DNA of 64,000 nucleotides. Origin: Marsupella aquatica (Eukaryota > Plantae > Marchantiophyta). The notes below the pieces were generated by a model. That model searched no databases. It was not told the origin of the DNA and worked only from the letters and a program-made list of their open reading frames with translations. The translations under genes and the position numbers were made by a program. Below are positions 49,497 to 63,860 of the stretch, in pieces (the stretch's first letter is position 1; every line of letters begins with the position of its first letter). The stretch covers positions 6,120,368-6,184,367 of the forward strand of contig OZ316894.1 of assembly GCA_973895155.1 (NCBI GenBank). Reading direction: 5' to 3'.

Positions 49497-52415
49497 GAAA
49501 TTATATCTTTTCCATATCTTGCTAAGCTGACGAGGATGGGGTATGTGTTGATCACTATCAGTGAGTGCCACATCCTTTGAAGGTATGCATCCCATTTTCA
49601 TGTTTTGAGACTCGTAGAGATTGCAAGCACCCTTTTTTGTGTAATATTAAGCACCTCGGACAAACTGTCGTCCGGGTGAAGTTGGTGGGTGAACACTGAA
49701 AAGTCAAAGACGCCCGGGGGATCTCTAGAGATATTTTATACCTCTTGTGCCATTCAGTGGAGCCAAAAGTTCTGGATAGGCCTGGAACTATTTACTTTGG
49801 CGAGTCCTCGTGGTTGAAGTTTTGGTCGACCACGTTGTTCATATTGCAAATTTGGTATTTTGATAGTAGCCACAATTCGCTCTAATCGGGAGCGCTCATT
49901 GGATACACATGTAAAGAAGATTAATTTTTTATGTCACCTATTTTGGAGATGCAGTTAGTAGCCCCCATATGAGGAGAACAGCCTGGCAGATGCTGGTGAC
50001 TAGAACGAGTGGTTTGTCGATGTCAATTGGGCTCCTTGTTGGAGCTGATAAAGAAAATGTCAAAAGAATAGCTGAGGCTAGTCTCATCATATGATATCTA
50101 CTTTTTTAATAGAAGGGGTCTATTCAGCTTCATAATCCCAATTGTTTCTGTGTTGACATCTTTCCATATTTGTCTCGATATGTGTTCGCTATCATGTCAA
50201 CAAATTTTTCAGAAAGGTTCATCCAAGTGTACCTTCAAGCAGTGTGGGTTTGTCGTCATCCAATCTGATTCTTTCAAACTTTGAACGCTGTTCTGATGAA
50301 AGTAAGATTCATTTTGATGGTGATGAGTCGTATTTTCTCCCTCTTCTTAAAAATATTTTCAAGATGAGCTATGAAGGACTGTGCATAGTATAACTTGTAA
50401 GACTTAGTACAGGCGTACTTTTCTGACTGCATCTTGCTTGTCTTGCACGTCTTGTAAATCAAGTGAATCATTTACTTCTATTGATGCACGGCTTATAACA
50501 ACAGCTGAAACTTATGTGGCTTACCAATGCAGTTGGGAATACATTGGTTGGAGCCTCCTGTGGGATATTGTCGATTTTTTTCTATCCCTGGCTACCTAGC
50601 TTTACAAGGTTTTGATGAGCGTTTCCACCAGGGGCCTGTGGTGAATAAGTGAGGTCCTCCTTTATCTATCTAGCTGGGAGAGACGAGGTTCAGTGTCCAT
50701 GGTTGTATCTCCTCATGGTCACTTAGTCGTTTGATCCCTTTCATCTCTTACTGCAATTAGTCACCCTCTGAGCGTTTGGTAGAAAGTAATGCGACTGAGT
50801 TGCTTTTCTGAACTATGGTCAGGTTTAGACTAGATGGACGTTTCCTGCAACCAGAACTCTGGATTTCAGTTAAGGTGAGAGCTAATAAAAAATATCAGTG
50901 TCTCACATTTCAGGATGTATGGATCCCCTTACAATGCATAGTAGGCCACTAAGCATGTTTTGGCAAGAACATGAATGGCCAACTTAAACCTGGAGAGACC
51001 ATCCTTAAATGTTACTTTTCACTTGGTACAATTTCTTTGTACCTACATCTCCAATATTTAGTGTCACGCTGTTTGGTGCATCCACTCTGAAGACCAAGTT
51101 CCCAAGTGATAGAGGGAATCAATAACTAGGAACCAAGAAATGCTACTCCCAATCCTCATGTCACGGAGAAGATCCTCAAGGCCAACAACACCATATGAGT
51201 TCAATACACCAACTTCCCAGTTCAGAAATGGAACCAATAATTTAAAATAAAAAAAACAATGAAAGCTGACCCGTAAATCTCATGCCAGGATAAAGACCCT
51301 TTCCCTGAACAGCTAGAAACTCACTCGCTCCAGTAAGTACATTTTCTGGGTCAAACTAACCAGAAAAGACATCTATGTTTTTCATGAACTTTTCTCTAAC
51401 AATGTCCTGTATGAACATATGAGAGCTTAATAGTAATTAATGGATTCCTACAAAACAAAACTTAATTAAGCATGTTCCAGGCTGAACATATCACACAAGG
51501 TATTGTACACTATTATCCTTTTCTGATGTTGCTATATGGTGAACTCACATTTTAGTATTTTCAGTTCTTCAAACTTGTTGTTGTGTATTTTTATTTCAAT
51601 GCACCTTAATCAGGTGTATCATTGAACTTAGTTGTCATCATAGTGTTGTTTTCTATTTATGATTGTGATTGACTATTTAATTGTCATTACCTAAGCCAAG
51701 TGAAAATCAGTACCTTGCATGAAATGTTCAAATCTGTTTTTCTTTTTTGTTAAGAAATGGGGAGGCTGTATAGCAGACCGGAGGGAAAAACCACCCAAGC
51801 CAGAGTAAAACACATATAGCCAGGAAACCACCAGGCAACCCAGATCAATCAGGCCAGCACGACAAATGGCGCCACTGCCCCTAACAAACTGCATGAGACC
51901 GCTTGGAAAGTCTAGGGTCTAAGTATGGTATCTGATGTAAGTCATTCTATTCTGTCTCCAAATGTTCTCAGGAGTACTAAGGATGTTGGTTGTACTCTTA
52001 AAATATTTGTCATGATTACACTCGCGGTGTATGCCCACCCACTAACAGGATCTAGTGTTGCTATTCTTGCCTCTTGTAAAGTCATCGATGGGGAAGTACT
52101 TGGTATAATAGTTATCAAACATGCTATATTTCTACTCTTGTATTTTATTCCACTCAATCTTAACAATTACTATACCATAACCAAAAAGAAATTAGATGAC
52201 CTACATATCACTACATGACAGAAAAGGAAACATGTTCCACTCGTGTAGTTCATCACACTCAATCTTAGCAAATACTTTTCAGTAGCCAAAAAGAAATTAG
52301 ATCACTCTTATCTTTCTTTTTGTATATTTCTTTAAGAAACAGCGTACACTCTTATGGATTCCATAAATGCAAATTCCAAGTTTTGCACTTATGGCATGGT
52401 GCAAACCGAACGCTT

Positions 52416-52772
52416 CTTCCAAGAATGTGCACTTAGAGAGAGCCTACTGTCCTCACCGTGTACAGTAAACAGCACAGTTCAGTAGTGAACTGCGTCGACT
52501 TTGCACAGTTCAGTTCAGTACTGAACTGCGTCAACTTTGCACAGTTCAGTTTAGTACTGAACTGTGTCGACTTTGCACAGTTCAGTTCAGTACTTCCAAG
52601 AATGTGCACTTAGAGAGAGCCTACTGTCCGTGTACAGTAAACAGTTAGTTCAGTATTGAACTGCGTAAACTTTTCACAGTTCAGTTCAGTACTGCGTCGA
52701 CTTTGCACAGTTCAGTTCAGTACTGAACTGCGTCGACTGTGCATAGTTCAGGTCAGTACTGAACTGCGTCGA
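52416..52772. repeat. Duplicated block of about 178 bp containing 36-bp self-complementary units (gtactgaactgcgtcgactttgcacagttcagttca)
   Basis: cttccaagaatgtgcacttagagagagcctactgtcc occurs at about 52416 and 52593. Unit junctions form the 18-bp palindrome cagttcagtactgaactg. Confidence 0.9.
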
Positions 52773-53211
52773 TCTTTTCGTTGCTCAGCCCTTCGGAAAG
52801 TGACAATTCGTTCTCGTCGATTTCGTCTTCCATGCTCCAGAGTCGACAGTCGTTCATTGATTGATTGATTGTGGCGTTGGAGTTCGGTGTTTTGTTGAGG
52901 AAAACACTCGGCCATTTGATTCTGGCGTTTTTGGGGAAATCGATGTGTTTCTCTTGACAGGAAGAGGCGACCATTTCGATTGTGGCTTTGGGAAGTGAAT
53001 GTTTTTCTTGACTTCAAAGGTTCGATTGATTGATTCTGGCGTTGGGAATGTTTTCTTGACGGCGAGATCTGACCCCACCCACTCGCACACCCACTGGCCC
53101 ACCAAACGCACGGGCAAAGGCATGATCGCGCTGAGCTGAGCTGACGGAGGCGGGGGCCGAAATTTGGAAATTATCGTGGGGAGATGACTGTTTTGAACAC
53201 TGTACTGTAAC

Positions 53212-53625
53212 GGCGATGGGAAGCAGGGGAGAGTTGGGAAGACGACGATTAGAGTGTTCTCTCACGGCTGCAGATGTGGTGCAGTAGTCTACTGAAATGC
53301 TGCAAGCAAGCTTTCTTCTGAAAGGCGCTGCTGCATTCTGAGAAAACTGTCCTAAGCCGCGATGAGGAACGAGGAAGGGTTGTGAAGCCGATTAGATAGG
53401 CCGCTTTTGGCTGCAGGAGTGGTGTATTACTGTGTACTGAAAATGCCTCTTCAGGGAAGCTTTTTTCTAAGAGGCGCTGCTGTATTGTGAGAAACTGTCT
53501 TGAATGGCGATGAGAAACAAGGAAGGGGTTATCGAGACGATTAGCGAGGTCGCTTTAGTGGTGTACTACTGTTACTGAAATGCTGCAGCAAATTAGCTCT
53601 CTGAAGGCTGTGCATTGCGAGAAAC
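53212..53625. repeat. Degenerate tandem repeat of about 145 bp (about 3 copies) upstream of SCAR
   Basis: ggctgcag...tactgaaa...aggcgctgctg...gagaaa...gcgatgag...gattag recurs at about 53266 and 53409, with partial copies either side. Confidence 0.7.
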
Positions 53626-53913
53626 TCGTGTCCAACCACACGGCTACTACAGAGCCGGAGAGGAGAAACGAACAAAGCCGAGAGTGAGGGAAGGAGGGAG
53701 GGAGCGAGCGAGAGGAGAATGTATACAGAGCAGGCCTATTGTAGCATTAGATCTTGTGATGCACGGACGCTGCTCTGCTGCTTGGAGCTGAATGAAATTG
53801 GAATTGGATCGATTGATGTGTTAGCGTAACCACTTTTCGGGGATATTGGGAGGGACGAGGCTATCGAGGTCGTAATAGTCCTGTCATAAGTGTAGTACTT
53901 AAGAGTAGCAGTA

Positions 53914-56900
53914 ATGCCGTTGGTGCGTTATGAGATCCGCAATGAGCACAGCCTCGCCAACCCGCAGCTCTACAGAACCGCGGCGAAGGATGATCCGGAA
54001 GGACTGCTGGAAGGAGTGGCGATGGCAGGCCTTGTTGGAATCGTGCGGCAGCTCGGTGACCTAGCGGAGTACGTTTCGAATTCCTCAAACCAGTCCTTGT
54101 CTACTTCTCTTTTAAGACAGGATAAATTATTGTTTCTTCTCAAGTTTACAAGCTTTTGTAGTCATTGACTTCAAAGATCTAATTCCAGAACGAATGTTGA
54201 TGACAGAGATAGGGGACAATCCACTGATATCACTTCTCTGTGATTGTGTCATTAGCCTCGTAGTATGTTCATGGGCTGAGTCTAAAATGGACGTCCACAT
54301 TAGCCGGCTGTTTTCTTTATTTCTTAGGCGTTCATCCGTGAAGATCTATCTATTTCATCTCGGTTTTGTGGAGTATGGACTAAAGTACGTCGTCAAGAGC
54401 CTGTATTGGGACTAAAGTGCAGGAAAGAATGATGCTGCATTGAAAACTTACTTGCCTGGTCTGCATAACCAATTTATGGCGAATTAATTCTCTAGAAAAC
54501 TTTATCTTCTTCATGTGCTGCCATCGCCTACGAGGTGAAATGAGATGGTTCGTTTCCTCCAAAGCAGTGCATCTTTTCAAGCATATGAACATGCACGGAT
54601 AAGAACCGATTCCAGGGTACATGAAGAAGGTTGATCAGTGGGGTTCACGCTGGTTATGGTTGGATTGGTTGGGCTGTTTTCGTCAATGTCAGAACTGCCT
54701 GGAAATATTTTTATTCCTAGCAACTTCGCAATAGAATGTGAGCTATGTCACGGGTTGCACTGTCTAGCGTTTTCAGCGAGGAAGAGCAAGGATTGGGCAA
54801 TTCGACGAATTTCCGGAGACTTAGCCACGTTCCGTCTATTTTGGAATGGAATAGGATGGGAATACTCGCTAGGACAAGGAAGATTATTCGCCCTCTGAAT
54901 ACGAAGGGACATGTAGGAAGTTACTGTCATGTCAATGAGGGGTCTCGGTTTGAAGCGCTTTTTCCAGTCAAGTGGCGTTCCCAACGACTGGCTCTATTGG
55001 CTATCACGAGCTCTCCAGTTCTATTTAGGAGCGACTGTTATCGACGTTCCTGTGTCCCACAATAGGGCTCCGCGGGGGGACAGTATTTGATTGCAGGTGG
55101 GTGTCTGGGTCTCGCAGGTTTGCAGCAGAAGTTTTCCGAGATCTGCACGAGGAGGTCATGGCGACTGCATCAAGAGGGCACGAATTACTGGCGCGTGTGC
55201 AGCAGCTGGAGGCTGAAATGCCAGCTGTGGAGAAGGCACTCCTGTCTGAGACTAATCAGCTTCGGTTTGCTTACACTCCAGGTTGTTGATCTTTTATTGC
55301 TGCTTGACTTGCTTTCAGTTTGTACTCCATCACTACTACATCGTCATCAAAGATGAGCATGCTGGTTACTTTGTCTGTGAGCAGGATGGGGTAACAGTGC
55401 AGAATGCTTTAACACGCATCCCCCATTTCAAGCTAAACGATCGAACTAATATAATCATGATGGGGAGGGACTGAAAAACACATCAATTTTCAATCTCTCC
55501 ATGTCGTCGCTCGCCAGAGACAAGCATTGATGGATCGTCTTAAAACTCTATGTTGATTTTTATGCCTCGAGTTGTGCAGGGGTGGAATGGCATGCAAGTA
55601 TTCGTAACGACCAAAATCATTGCACGCAAGGGGACTTGCCCAGATTCATTAGAAGCTCCTATGAAGAGTGCAGAGGACCTCCTCGTCTCTTTCTTCTTGA
55701 TAAGTATGTGCACTCTTGTCTTGTCTCGTCTAGTTTTGTTCCGGGAAGTAGGAAAGCTATTTCGAAATGGGGGAATAATAAAATGCTATTTGCAGACTAT
55801 CTGCAGCCTTGTAAGTGTCAAGTTATGTTCTAGATGATTTTTTTAACATAATAATAGTTTTTAAGTTTCTGTTCTCCCCCCAGATTTGATGTTGCAGGCG
55901 CCGGAGCGTGTTTGAAGAGATATACAGATCCATCATTCTTCAGGACAGAATGGGCGAGTTCAGAGCTTATGAAGGCAGAACGAGTACAAAGAGACAAGAA
56001 AGCTAGGAGAGAAAAGGTGAACAGTCCTCTTGTCGGACGTGTGAATGTTCATCACCCTCTTTATTATTGGCTTTCACACACTTCTCAATCGTGTGCCGAT
56101 GCAAATAAGAATCTGAAAGCAATCAGACAGTTAGATTACATATTGAAATTTTTTCTATTGTCCAGAAGAAGGGCAGGCGTCGCAGGAATGCGGATGCTAA
56201 AGACACCATACTAGCAGAACAATATCGCTCAACATTTAGTCACGAATTAAACAGGGAGCTTTCACAACGTAACCAGGCCCATTCAAGGTTAGACTCGGTA
56301 ACTTCTTCAGCATCGTGCATTCGCGCTGGCCAATTGTGTTAAAAGTTTGGACCACACGTGTACTACGCAGATTCAGGTCCCTGTGTCTTGTTGGAATGTT
56401 TTGGGTGAAGAGCATTATCTGAGTGCTGTGTGGAATATATATTCTTCGTTTGCATTTGATGTGGTGACCTGTTAGGAATCCACGTTGTGGCATCAGCTAC
56501 AGATATATCAATAGATGCATCATCGGTTTTACAGAACAATGATTATAATGAAGACTTCAATGCTTTGTCCAGGCATCCAGCTGCTGACAGTCAAGCTCTT
56601 AGACAAAAGCCTGCGACGAGGACCAGAGACAATTCACCTGGCTCTGCACGAGAAGCTGGTGATACTTTTGTGGATATACCAGTACCAGCTGTGTCAGAAG
56701 TTCTCGCATCATCTCCACCCAAGTATCACAAGAGCGTAAGTGCTATGAGCATTGACGAGAATATGTTGAGGGCATGGGAAGAAACTGGGCAGGATGAATC
56801 CCACAACGTAGAGACAGCGGCCCACGAAGGAGAGGCAGCTGTAACTGCCGTAACTGATGGCGGGAGTGAAGGTGATCAATTTCTAGATGCCTTGACAACC

Positions 56901-59900
56901 ATTGAACCAGAAGCAGACTCTGATTCAGAGAAACATTTTATGCAGGACAAAGATCTTGATGCTGATAAACTGCATGATACAACCGATCGCCAGGCAACTT
57001 CTCATGAAGAGGACTTGAAGTTGCCGGGTGTCCAGACATCTGAGGGCATTACCCCGTCAGTAAAACAATCCCGTCAGTCAATGTCCCTCGATCCTCCAAG
57101 ACAGGAAACTTCGCTGGAGCCAAGAGTCATTACTAACGGGCGGGATGTACAAGAAATTTCATCTTCGACAACTGCCATGCACTCAAGGAGGCGAAGCTCT
57201 GACTTTGTTTCGTCTTCTCCGACTGTCGTGCACGCAAGAAGGCAAAGTTATGACTCTATTTCATCGTCTAGTTCTGCCATGCACGCACGGAGGAGCAGTT
57301 CCGACTCTACTGTACCTCAAAGTATCACAAAGGCTAAGCGTGTCCAGTTAGTGGAGGATCCACACAAAAGTTTCATACCCAGCTCCGAGCCTTCGAAGAA
57401 TGAAAAAGGAGTAGACTCATTAGACCAAGGGTCATTCATGTCTTTCACTTCTGGAGTGAAGGTGAGCAAGATTGTCGCTGCTTTTGAAAGGGGTTCTCTT
57501 GAGCAGGTTCAAGTTGAAGGACGAGAGAAGAAACTTGACGCCACTGTGTCACATCCCGTGGGGTCTGTTTCTGATGCTGCCAGGCAGACTACCGTCGAGG
57601 CAGACGGTAGAGTTGGAGTTCCTGAGGATGATAGCAATTTCTTGGAAACTTCTCTGAGCCAATTCGGCACAAGCCCTGTAGAGACGGATTCAACTTCAAG
57701 TAAGGACGCATCCCCAAGATCCCGTGGATCGCTTCCTGGGAGTATGAAAGGGAAGAGCTCATCTATTTCAAGCCGCACGTCACTAGGATCATTGGATTCA
57801 CCACCTGATTCTCCTACATTTAGTGCCCTCCAGTCACTAGTGTCCCCAACCAGAACAGAGCGGAATATACTTCTATCCCCTGATTCGCACGCATTGGGCT
57901 TCCCTGCTGAAACGCTTTCTCCTCGTTCTCCGACGTCTGTTCCTGTACTAGCACTCTCTCCAACGACGCAGGAAAGAAGACATCTGACTATTCAGCCCTT
58001 CAGTCTCACATCTCCTTCCAGTTCACCTGTCGAATCTCCTTCATCACCGCAGAGTCAAGGATATTCTGAAATAGCCTCTCAATCAAAGACGACTGAAGTT
58101 GTTGCAGACGACAGTACTACAACTGACCTACCTTCTGTAGAGGATTCTAGCAATATTCAGTCAGCATTGCCAACAAAGTCCTTGGATGATCCTGAACCTT
58201 TTAGTCCACCACTATTGCCTCCTGAGCTTGTGTCTCCAGTGCAAAGTTCTTCAGATGATTGGGAAGAGCACAATGATCTGCCACTCTCTGCCGATGAGTT
58301 GGTCCATACCTCAACAGATGAAGATGAAGTGAAAAATTCAGAAAAACCTCAAGAAGTGGGATTTAGTGATGATATTATATCTCCAACTTCACAGTCTATC
58401 AATGATGAGATATCCATGTCTTCAAGTCTTATTAATAATAATGTTCCCCTCCATGCGACATCAGAAGCTGAGGGGAGAGTCCAGCAGGAGCCCATCTCAG
58501 GTTTGCCACTTCCTTCTGTCTCCAAGAGCGAGCAGGACCCCTCGAATGATTTGACCCCTCGAATTTTACCTTCGGTAAAGAATGACAAGGTGTCCTTTCC
58601 TTCAACATCCCGAAGAAGATCTTTTGAAACCTCTCCCCGGTCTTCCCATTCAGAAGCTGCACATGACTATCTTTTCATCCCTAATGCTTCTCACCGACGG
58701 TTTCCTTCATTACCGCTGGTCGGGAAGACTGTACTGGACTTTTCTCATGCAGCACCTTCCAATGTAACACGAAGCCCTCCTCAGTCGCTGACAACTTCGA
58801 AAGCTACAGCAAGTGCCCAACTGCCAGCAAAGTTCCCTCTTAAAGCATCGGCTCCTTCACCAATGTCACGAGTAGTATATGATCTTCCTTATCCAATCCT
58901 CAAGCCTGCACATAACCGACGTCCTTCGTTCCCCTCCTCCGAGAGATCTATGCTGGAGGTTGCTGCAATGACTGCAAAGTCATTACAGCAACCATCAACA
59001 TCTGCAACATCTTCAAGACATGCACGAGATGCTCAATTCCCAGAAGCTACGTCTCAACACGGCCGGCAATCACCTTCATCAACAGTATCCAGTCTTCCTA
59101 CCCCAACTCCTCCTTCAAAATCAGAACGAGAATTTCGCCCACCGCCACCTCCACCCTTCCAAGCTGTGAATGACCTCCCTCCACCACCCCCACTTCCAGG
59201 TAGTTCGCCACCTCCCTCGGCCACAAAAGTATCAATTGCTGTCGATGCGAAAGATGGGATTCTGGAAGCAATTGCTTCACATGACAAAAGCACTGTAAGT
59301 CTCTTGCTTCTTCCTTGTACTTCACAATTGACTTTGCAAGTTCAAGTTTTATGTTGCCTTGGATGGAGTTCATCCTGAGCAAGATAGATTGGCTACGCTT
59401 TGAAATAAGGATCACTGGTACTTATTTAAGTCAAATTGAATGTCTATCTACTGCAGCTGAAGAAGGTCAAGACGATGCAGAATCCCATCGTCAGGAAACC
59501 GGACGATCGATCCCATTTGCTTGAACAGATTCGTGCAAAGGTTGTTCTCGTACTTGCCCTGCTTGTGGATGTGTTTAGGGTCCTTCACCTTTAACAAACT
59601 ATTGCACAAGTTTTGTTTTTTTCCAAGACACTTCTGTGTTTTGGGTCCTTCACATTGCGAGTCGTTACGTTGCTGATAGGATTTTTGTACTTGTTTCCTT
59701 TGAGCAGTCGTTCAACCTTCGGCATACTGTCGTGGAGAAGGTCGACACTCCCCCTCCCCGGCCAGTGACAAATATAAATGTCGCTGCCATTTTGGAGAAG
59801 GCTAATGCAATCCGACAGGTTCGTCATGTTTACATTCGCTCCATTCCTGGTGACACCTCTTGGAAATTGAGCATATCACTTGGTTTAATTTGGGGCCCTA

Positions 59901-60001
59901 TCATTCTGTTTAGTGTTACTAACGTATTGCATGCATTATCTCAGGCGTTTGCAGGTAGTGACGAGGATGATGAGGATACAGATGACTGGAATGATGTGTG
60001 A
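53914..60001 (+). CDS. SCAR: SCAR/WAVE family Arp2/3 activator, multi-exon
   Basis: SHD: [17 protein letters not shown]...[22 protein letters not shown]|[21 protein letters not shown]|[19 protein letters not shown]. Then polyproline, WH2 LLEQIRAK|SFNLR, central [14 protein letters not shown] and the acidic tail [13 protein letters not shown]. Confidence 0.96.
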
Positions 60002-61780
60002 GCCAGCCATAATAAAAATCTTTAGACTCTTTCACTATGGTCTTCAGACTACTACGTTCCAGGTCTGGTTGAACTTCTATCAGGTCTGGCTACACATTTG
60101 GAGGGCCAGAGAGAGGATCTTGTCAGTGTTTTTGACTACTCAAATAAAGAACTCTCTGCTTTAGATTGGGATCTTAGGTGCAGTTTACAAGGTTTGCGCC
60201 CATCTGCATCCTGTGTCTAACTTTGTTAAGGGGTGGCAGCTAAAGTGATGTATTGGACCAATCACTACTGACGGCTTCAAGATAATCCAAGAGTTCAAGA
60301 TGAAATTTTGCAATCAGATACATTTATACAGATACCGCATAATTTTTTTATTTAATAGCAATAGCTCCACTGTGACGCGTTCAGAGCCTCTTTACTAACC
60401 CATAGTGTTTAGAGTAGATGGTCTTCAAACAGTCGAGTCAATTCATTTAGAGAGATTGTTAATCCTAGAGTCAGATCTGTGTGATCATGCTTCATATGCA
60501 TGTATAGAATTAGCTATTGACTTATAGACGAATGTTGTCCATAGGTTTTGGAAGTGTTCTTTCATTTCGAAGAGGCCGACTAAAAGATATACATCTAGGG
60601 TCACATTAAAGTGACACAATAACAATTTCCCTAATAGTAACATTTCAACCTTTACTTCTGATTAAGATTCATTACAGAGTTCAGTTATCCTCGCCTCACT
60701 TTCTACTTTCCTGTCTGATAATCCGCATCACCTTTAGGTAGATTTAGGTCGTAGTCACTCATCGAATGTTTTTGGAGGTTTAGACGTTCGGTTCAACGCC
60801 GTCAATAGCGATGATATCAACGATCGAGTTTGTAAATCCATCCAGGTGTAAGGCACAGGCCAACATGCGTATCATAAGCATAGAAGCTAGAACTGCTGTA
60901 GCTCCAGCAATTCCAAAATATCGTCCACAGAGAATTCATTGCCATTCTGCCCTTCAGGCTTCCAAACAGCAAGGAGCAAGTCATAAGGCATTTAGTCAGG
61001 CTAAGACAATCCCTCCGTGTCGCCCAAGCTGCGGCCCCCTACAGTACGGCAAGACACTTTACGGCCAAATGGACATTTGAACGAATACATCTGCATTCCT
61101 GGACATCGTAACAGAAAGCTGCAGATTGAATGCAAGTAATGGAAAAACTCATTCGTGAAGGCTTTTACTATTCGGCCTGGACTTGTGCTTGACAAAATCG
61201 ATTCAACCGATATTATTAAAGAAGATCGTATTGTCATAGTAAGACCTGGAGATGTCAATTTGTGTGGGCAGAACCTGACGGAATGCAAGTCCTGGAATCT
61301 TTACAAAGAGCAACGAGATCCACATCTTCGCGTCCAGAGGCTTCAGTGGATGCACCCACAATGTGCCTTTGATCGTGTATTTATGCGGAAACATTACTAA
61401 AACTTCCTTGTACTATCTGTGTTTAATATAACTTGCTCAGCCTGTGGTGACTTGTCACAAAAGCCCATAAATTATCTATGGAGATTACGACGTGACAACA
61501 TTGGATTACTTGCTCAACCCACAAACATCAGGCCAATGGCTTGCTGACTGTTATTTAACGCAGCTGATTCATATCCAGATTACAAGGATGCCCTGTTTGG
61601 GCTTCAATATGAAGTATATTTCCTCAAGAACATACTTGTTTTCTGTAAACTTTCTCCAAGTTTCCGAAGAAACAAGGAGTTTAAGTGTGTTGCCAGAAAT
61701 TAAATTGTCTCCAGGACTAGAGGTTAACTAGTAACCTGACACGAAGGGTTATTACCAAAATTTCCTCAGGTGTGTGAAAT

Positions 61781-63860
61781 CTACAAAGGTTGGAGAACCT
61801 GTTGACGTCTAAGCTCGAATACTGCAGCCAGGCAGTCTTCCACAACCTGCAGAACCCAAAAGCCAGGCAGCGATGTCAAATGCTGATGCGAATTCTGATC
61901 ATCAAAAGTAGCTCTACTTTGCTGTTTGCATGCTTCACGAGGTTTAAAATAGAGCTTAGAAAACAGGTTATCATCAAGGAGCATGATGGGCTTGGTGCTC
62001 TTTCAATTGTTCACACCTTGTCTGGGGTTGATGCGCCTGAGGTGACTCCGATGGTTATGGAACCCTCTGGCAGCCAGTTTTCTTTCTCCACGTACTCACC
62101 ATGCTGTCCAAAATATCAGACCACACCATGAGCAAACTCCCGTATTCTACAATTTTTCTCCAGAAAAGCAACATTGACTTGAAGTATTCTTTGCCAAAAA
62201 CATTCTATACCAAAAACCCCACCAGACTGATGGAAAAAGCAGACTTTGGGTCAATGCTGCGTAACGAGATGGATTAAGTACTGAAACTTACATTCAACAG
62301 GAATGCAATTTTGTTGCCAGGACCAATCCTTTTCTCACTGTCAATCCAGTAAGACGGAATATTGTTCAACTCTGCTATCTCTTGCAGATGAGAAGTGTTG
62401 GACGAATTCCAACCGCCAATCACGAGCATGAGGTCTGGCTTGTCGTCAACAATTTTGTACATGGCATCTTGTCTCTCCTGTGAAATTCGAAGTATTTGAC
62501 AAATGGCATTCCCTCCAGTTAGAAAAGTAAATATCAGAAGTTTTATGTCAGAAGGTCTTAGGACTACCCTATATGCAGATGCCGATTTCAAGTTCCGTTT
62601 GACAGATGCAAGTTGCCATCAGGTCCCAAAACGTGTTCCTTAGCAAGGTTCAGATCAAATCATTCGAAAGGCAAACGTAGTCGGGTATTGATTAGGGTCA
62701 AAACAGTCAAAACCTTTCGGGACCAACACATTTCTCACTGCTGCCAAAGAGTACCTCCTACGCTAAGAGGGTGTCAACCAACCAGACAGACCTGAGTAGC
62801 GTCACAGATGGTGTTGAAACTCAGGAAGTGTTCTTCCGTCTTCTCAACACCATACTTTTGTAGCATGGTTCTCTCCATCAACTTCCCTGTCGAAACCATC
62901 ACTCAAGCTCGGCAGTGTCAAGAGCCGCCACAAATCTCAATCTATCTAAATCGAATTGCAGAGCAAAGGTCAGCGAGAGTCTCCTGTAAAAGCAGTTCCT
63001 TCTTCATCAGCTCTAATAAGGCAAAGCGCAGCCCGTGAGGATCTGTGGTAACCCTTGATTGCACAATCGGTAATAAGGTAAGCAGGAAACTTTCTCACCA
63101 ATTTCCTCCGTATCTCCTTTAAGCATTGTCGTCTGATTTGCAATACCCACCTTCTCCAAATCGACGTCAGGGTCAAATCCCTTGGAGACAGCTTTTTCGA
63201 ATTTCTGAAAGGCAAAACTAAAAATCTTAGCAGTGCCCATATGATAAACAAGAATGATTGGAATAAAAAACAATTCTCAGATAAGGGGGCACTCTCGAAA
63301 TCACAAGGTTACACTTACCTTCAAAAAGTCTTCCTTGGTTCCACTCGATCCATCTAACTTGCCCCCCAGGATGTAATCAGCCACGTAGTTTGCCTAGAAG
63401 AATGTGACGGCAACAGTCAGTATTCTGTACTTCGTAATCATTCTGAATAGCAATAGGAACCATGGCACTCTCTGAGGAAGCAGGATCCTTGAATCTGAGG
63501 TACGAATCCTACCTGCTTAGGGCTAGGATCTGAGCACAAATTACTCACCTCTTTCATATTCTTGACAATGACATATTTGCCGGCGAAAGAGGCAGTGGCA
63601 ACAGTCTCCTCGTGAGCGTACTTCCCATGGATCACAGAAGTATAGGTACCCTTTTTGTGCTTCTCGACTGTGTTCCACACCTTTGAGACCCAAGGACACG
63701 TCGTATCGACAATCTGAACTCCTTTGTCACTCAAAGTCTGCATTTCCGAGACAGCCGCTCCAAAAGCCGGCAATATGACTACATCCGTTCCCTCTACTAC
63801 GTCAAAATTCTTGCCCTCTTCTGTGACAGGAATATCCTTCACGTTCATGCTCGCCAATTT
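61781..63860 (-). CDS. HDR: 4-hydroxy-3-methylbut-2-enyl diphosphate reductase (MEP pathway), 3' exons only; 5' end outside the window
   Basis: Motifs [45 protein letters not shown]|[17 protein letters not shown] and [11 protein letters not shown]|VVED. Confidence 0.97.

Noticed and set aside
50630-50700. tRNA/SINE-like head (ggggcctgtggtg...gaggttcagtgtcc)
   Set aside because: The A and B boxes are poor, and no cloverleaf, tail or TSD is visible.
51737-51900. Possible 3' end of a truncated LINE/SINE on the minus strand (T-rich tract then GC-richer sequence)
   Set aside because: No TSD or coding motif found; insufficient support.
60811-61731. Short ORFs between SCAR and HDR
   Set aside because: No recognisable motifs or exon structure; likely 3'UTR or intergenic.
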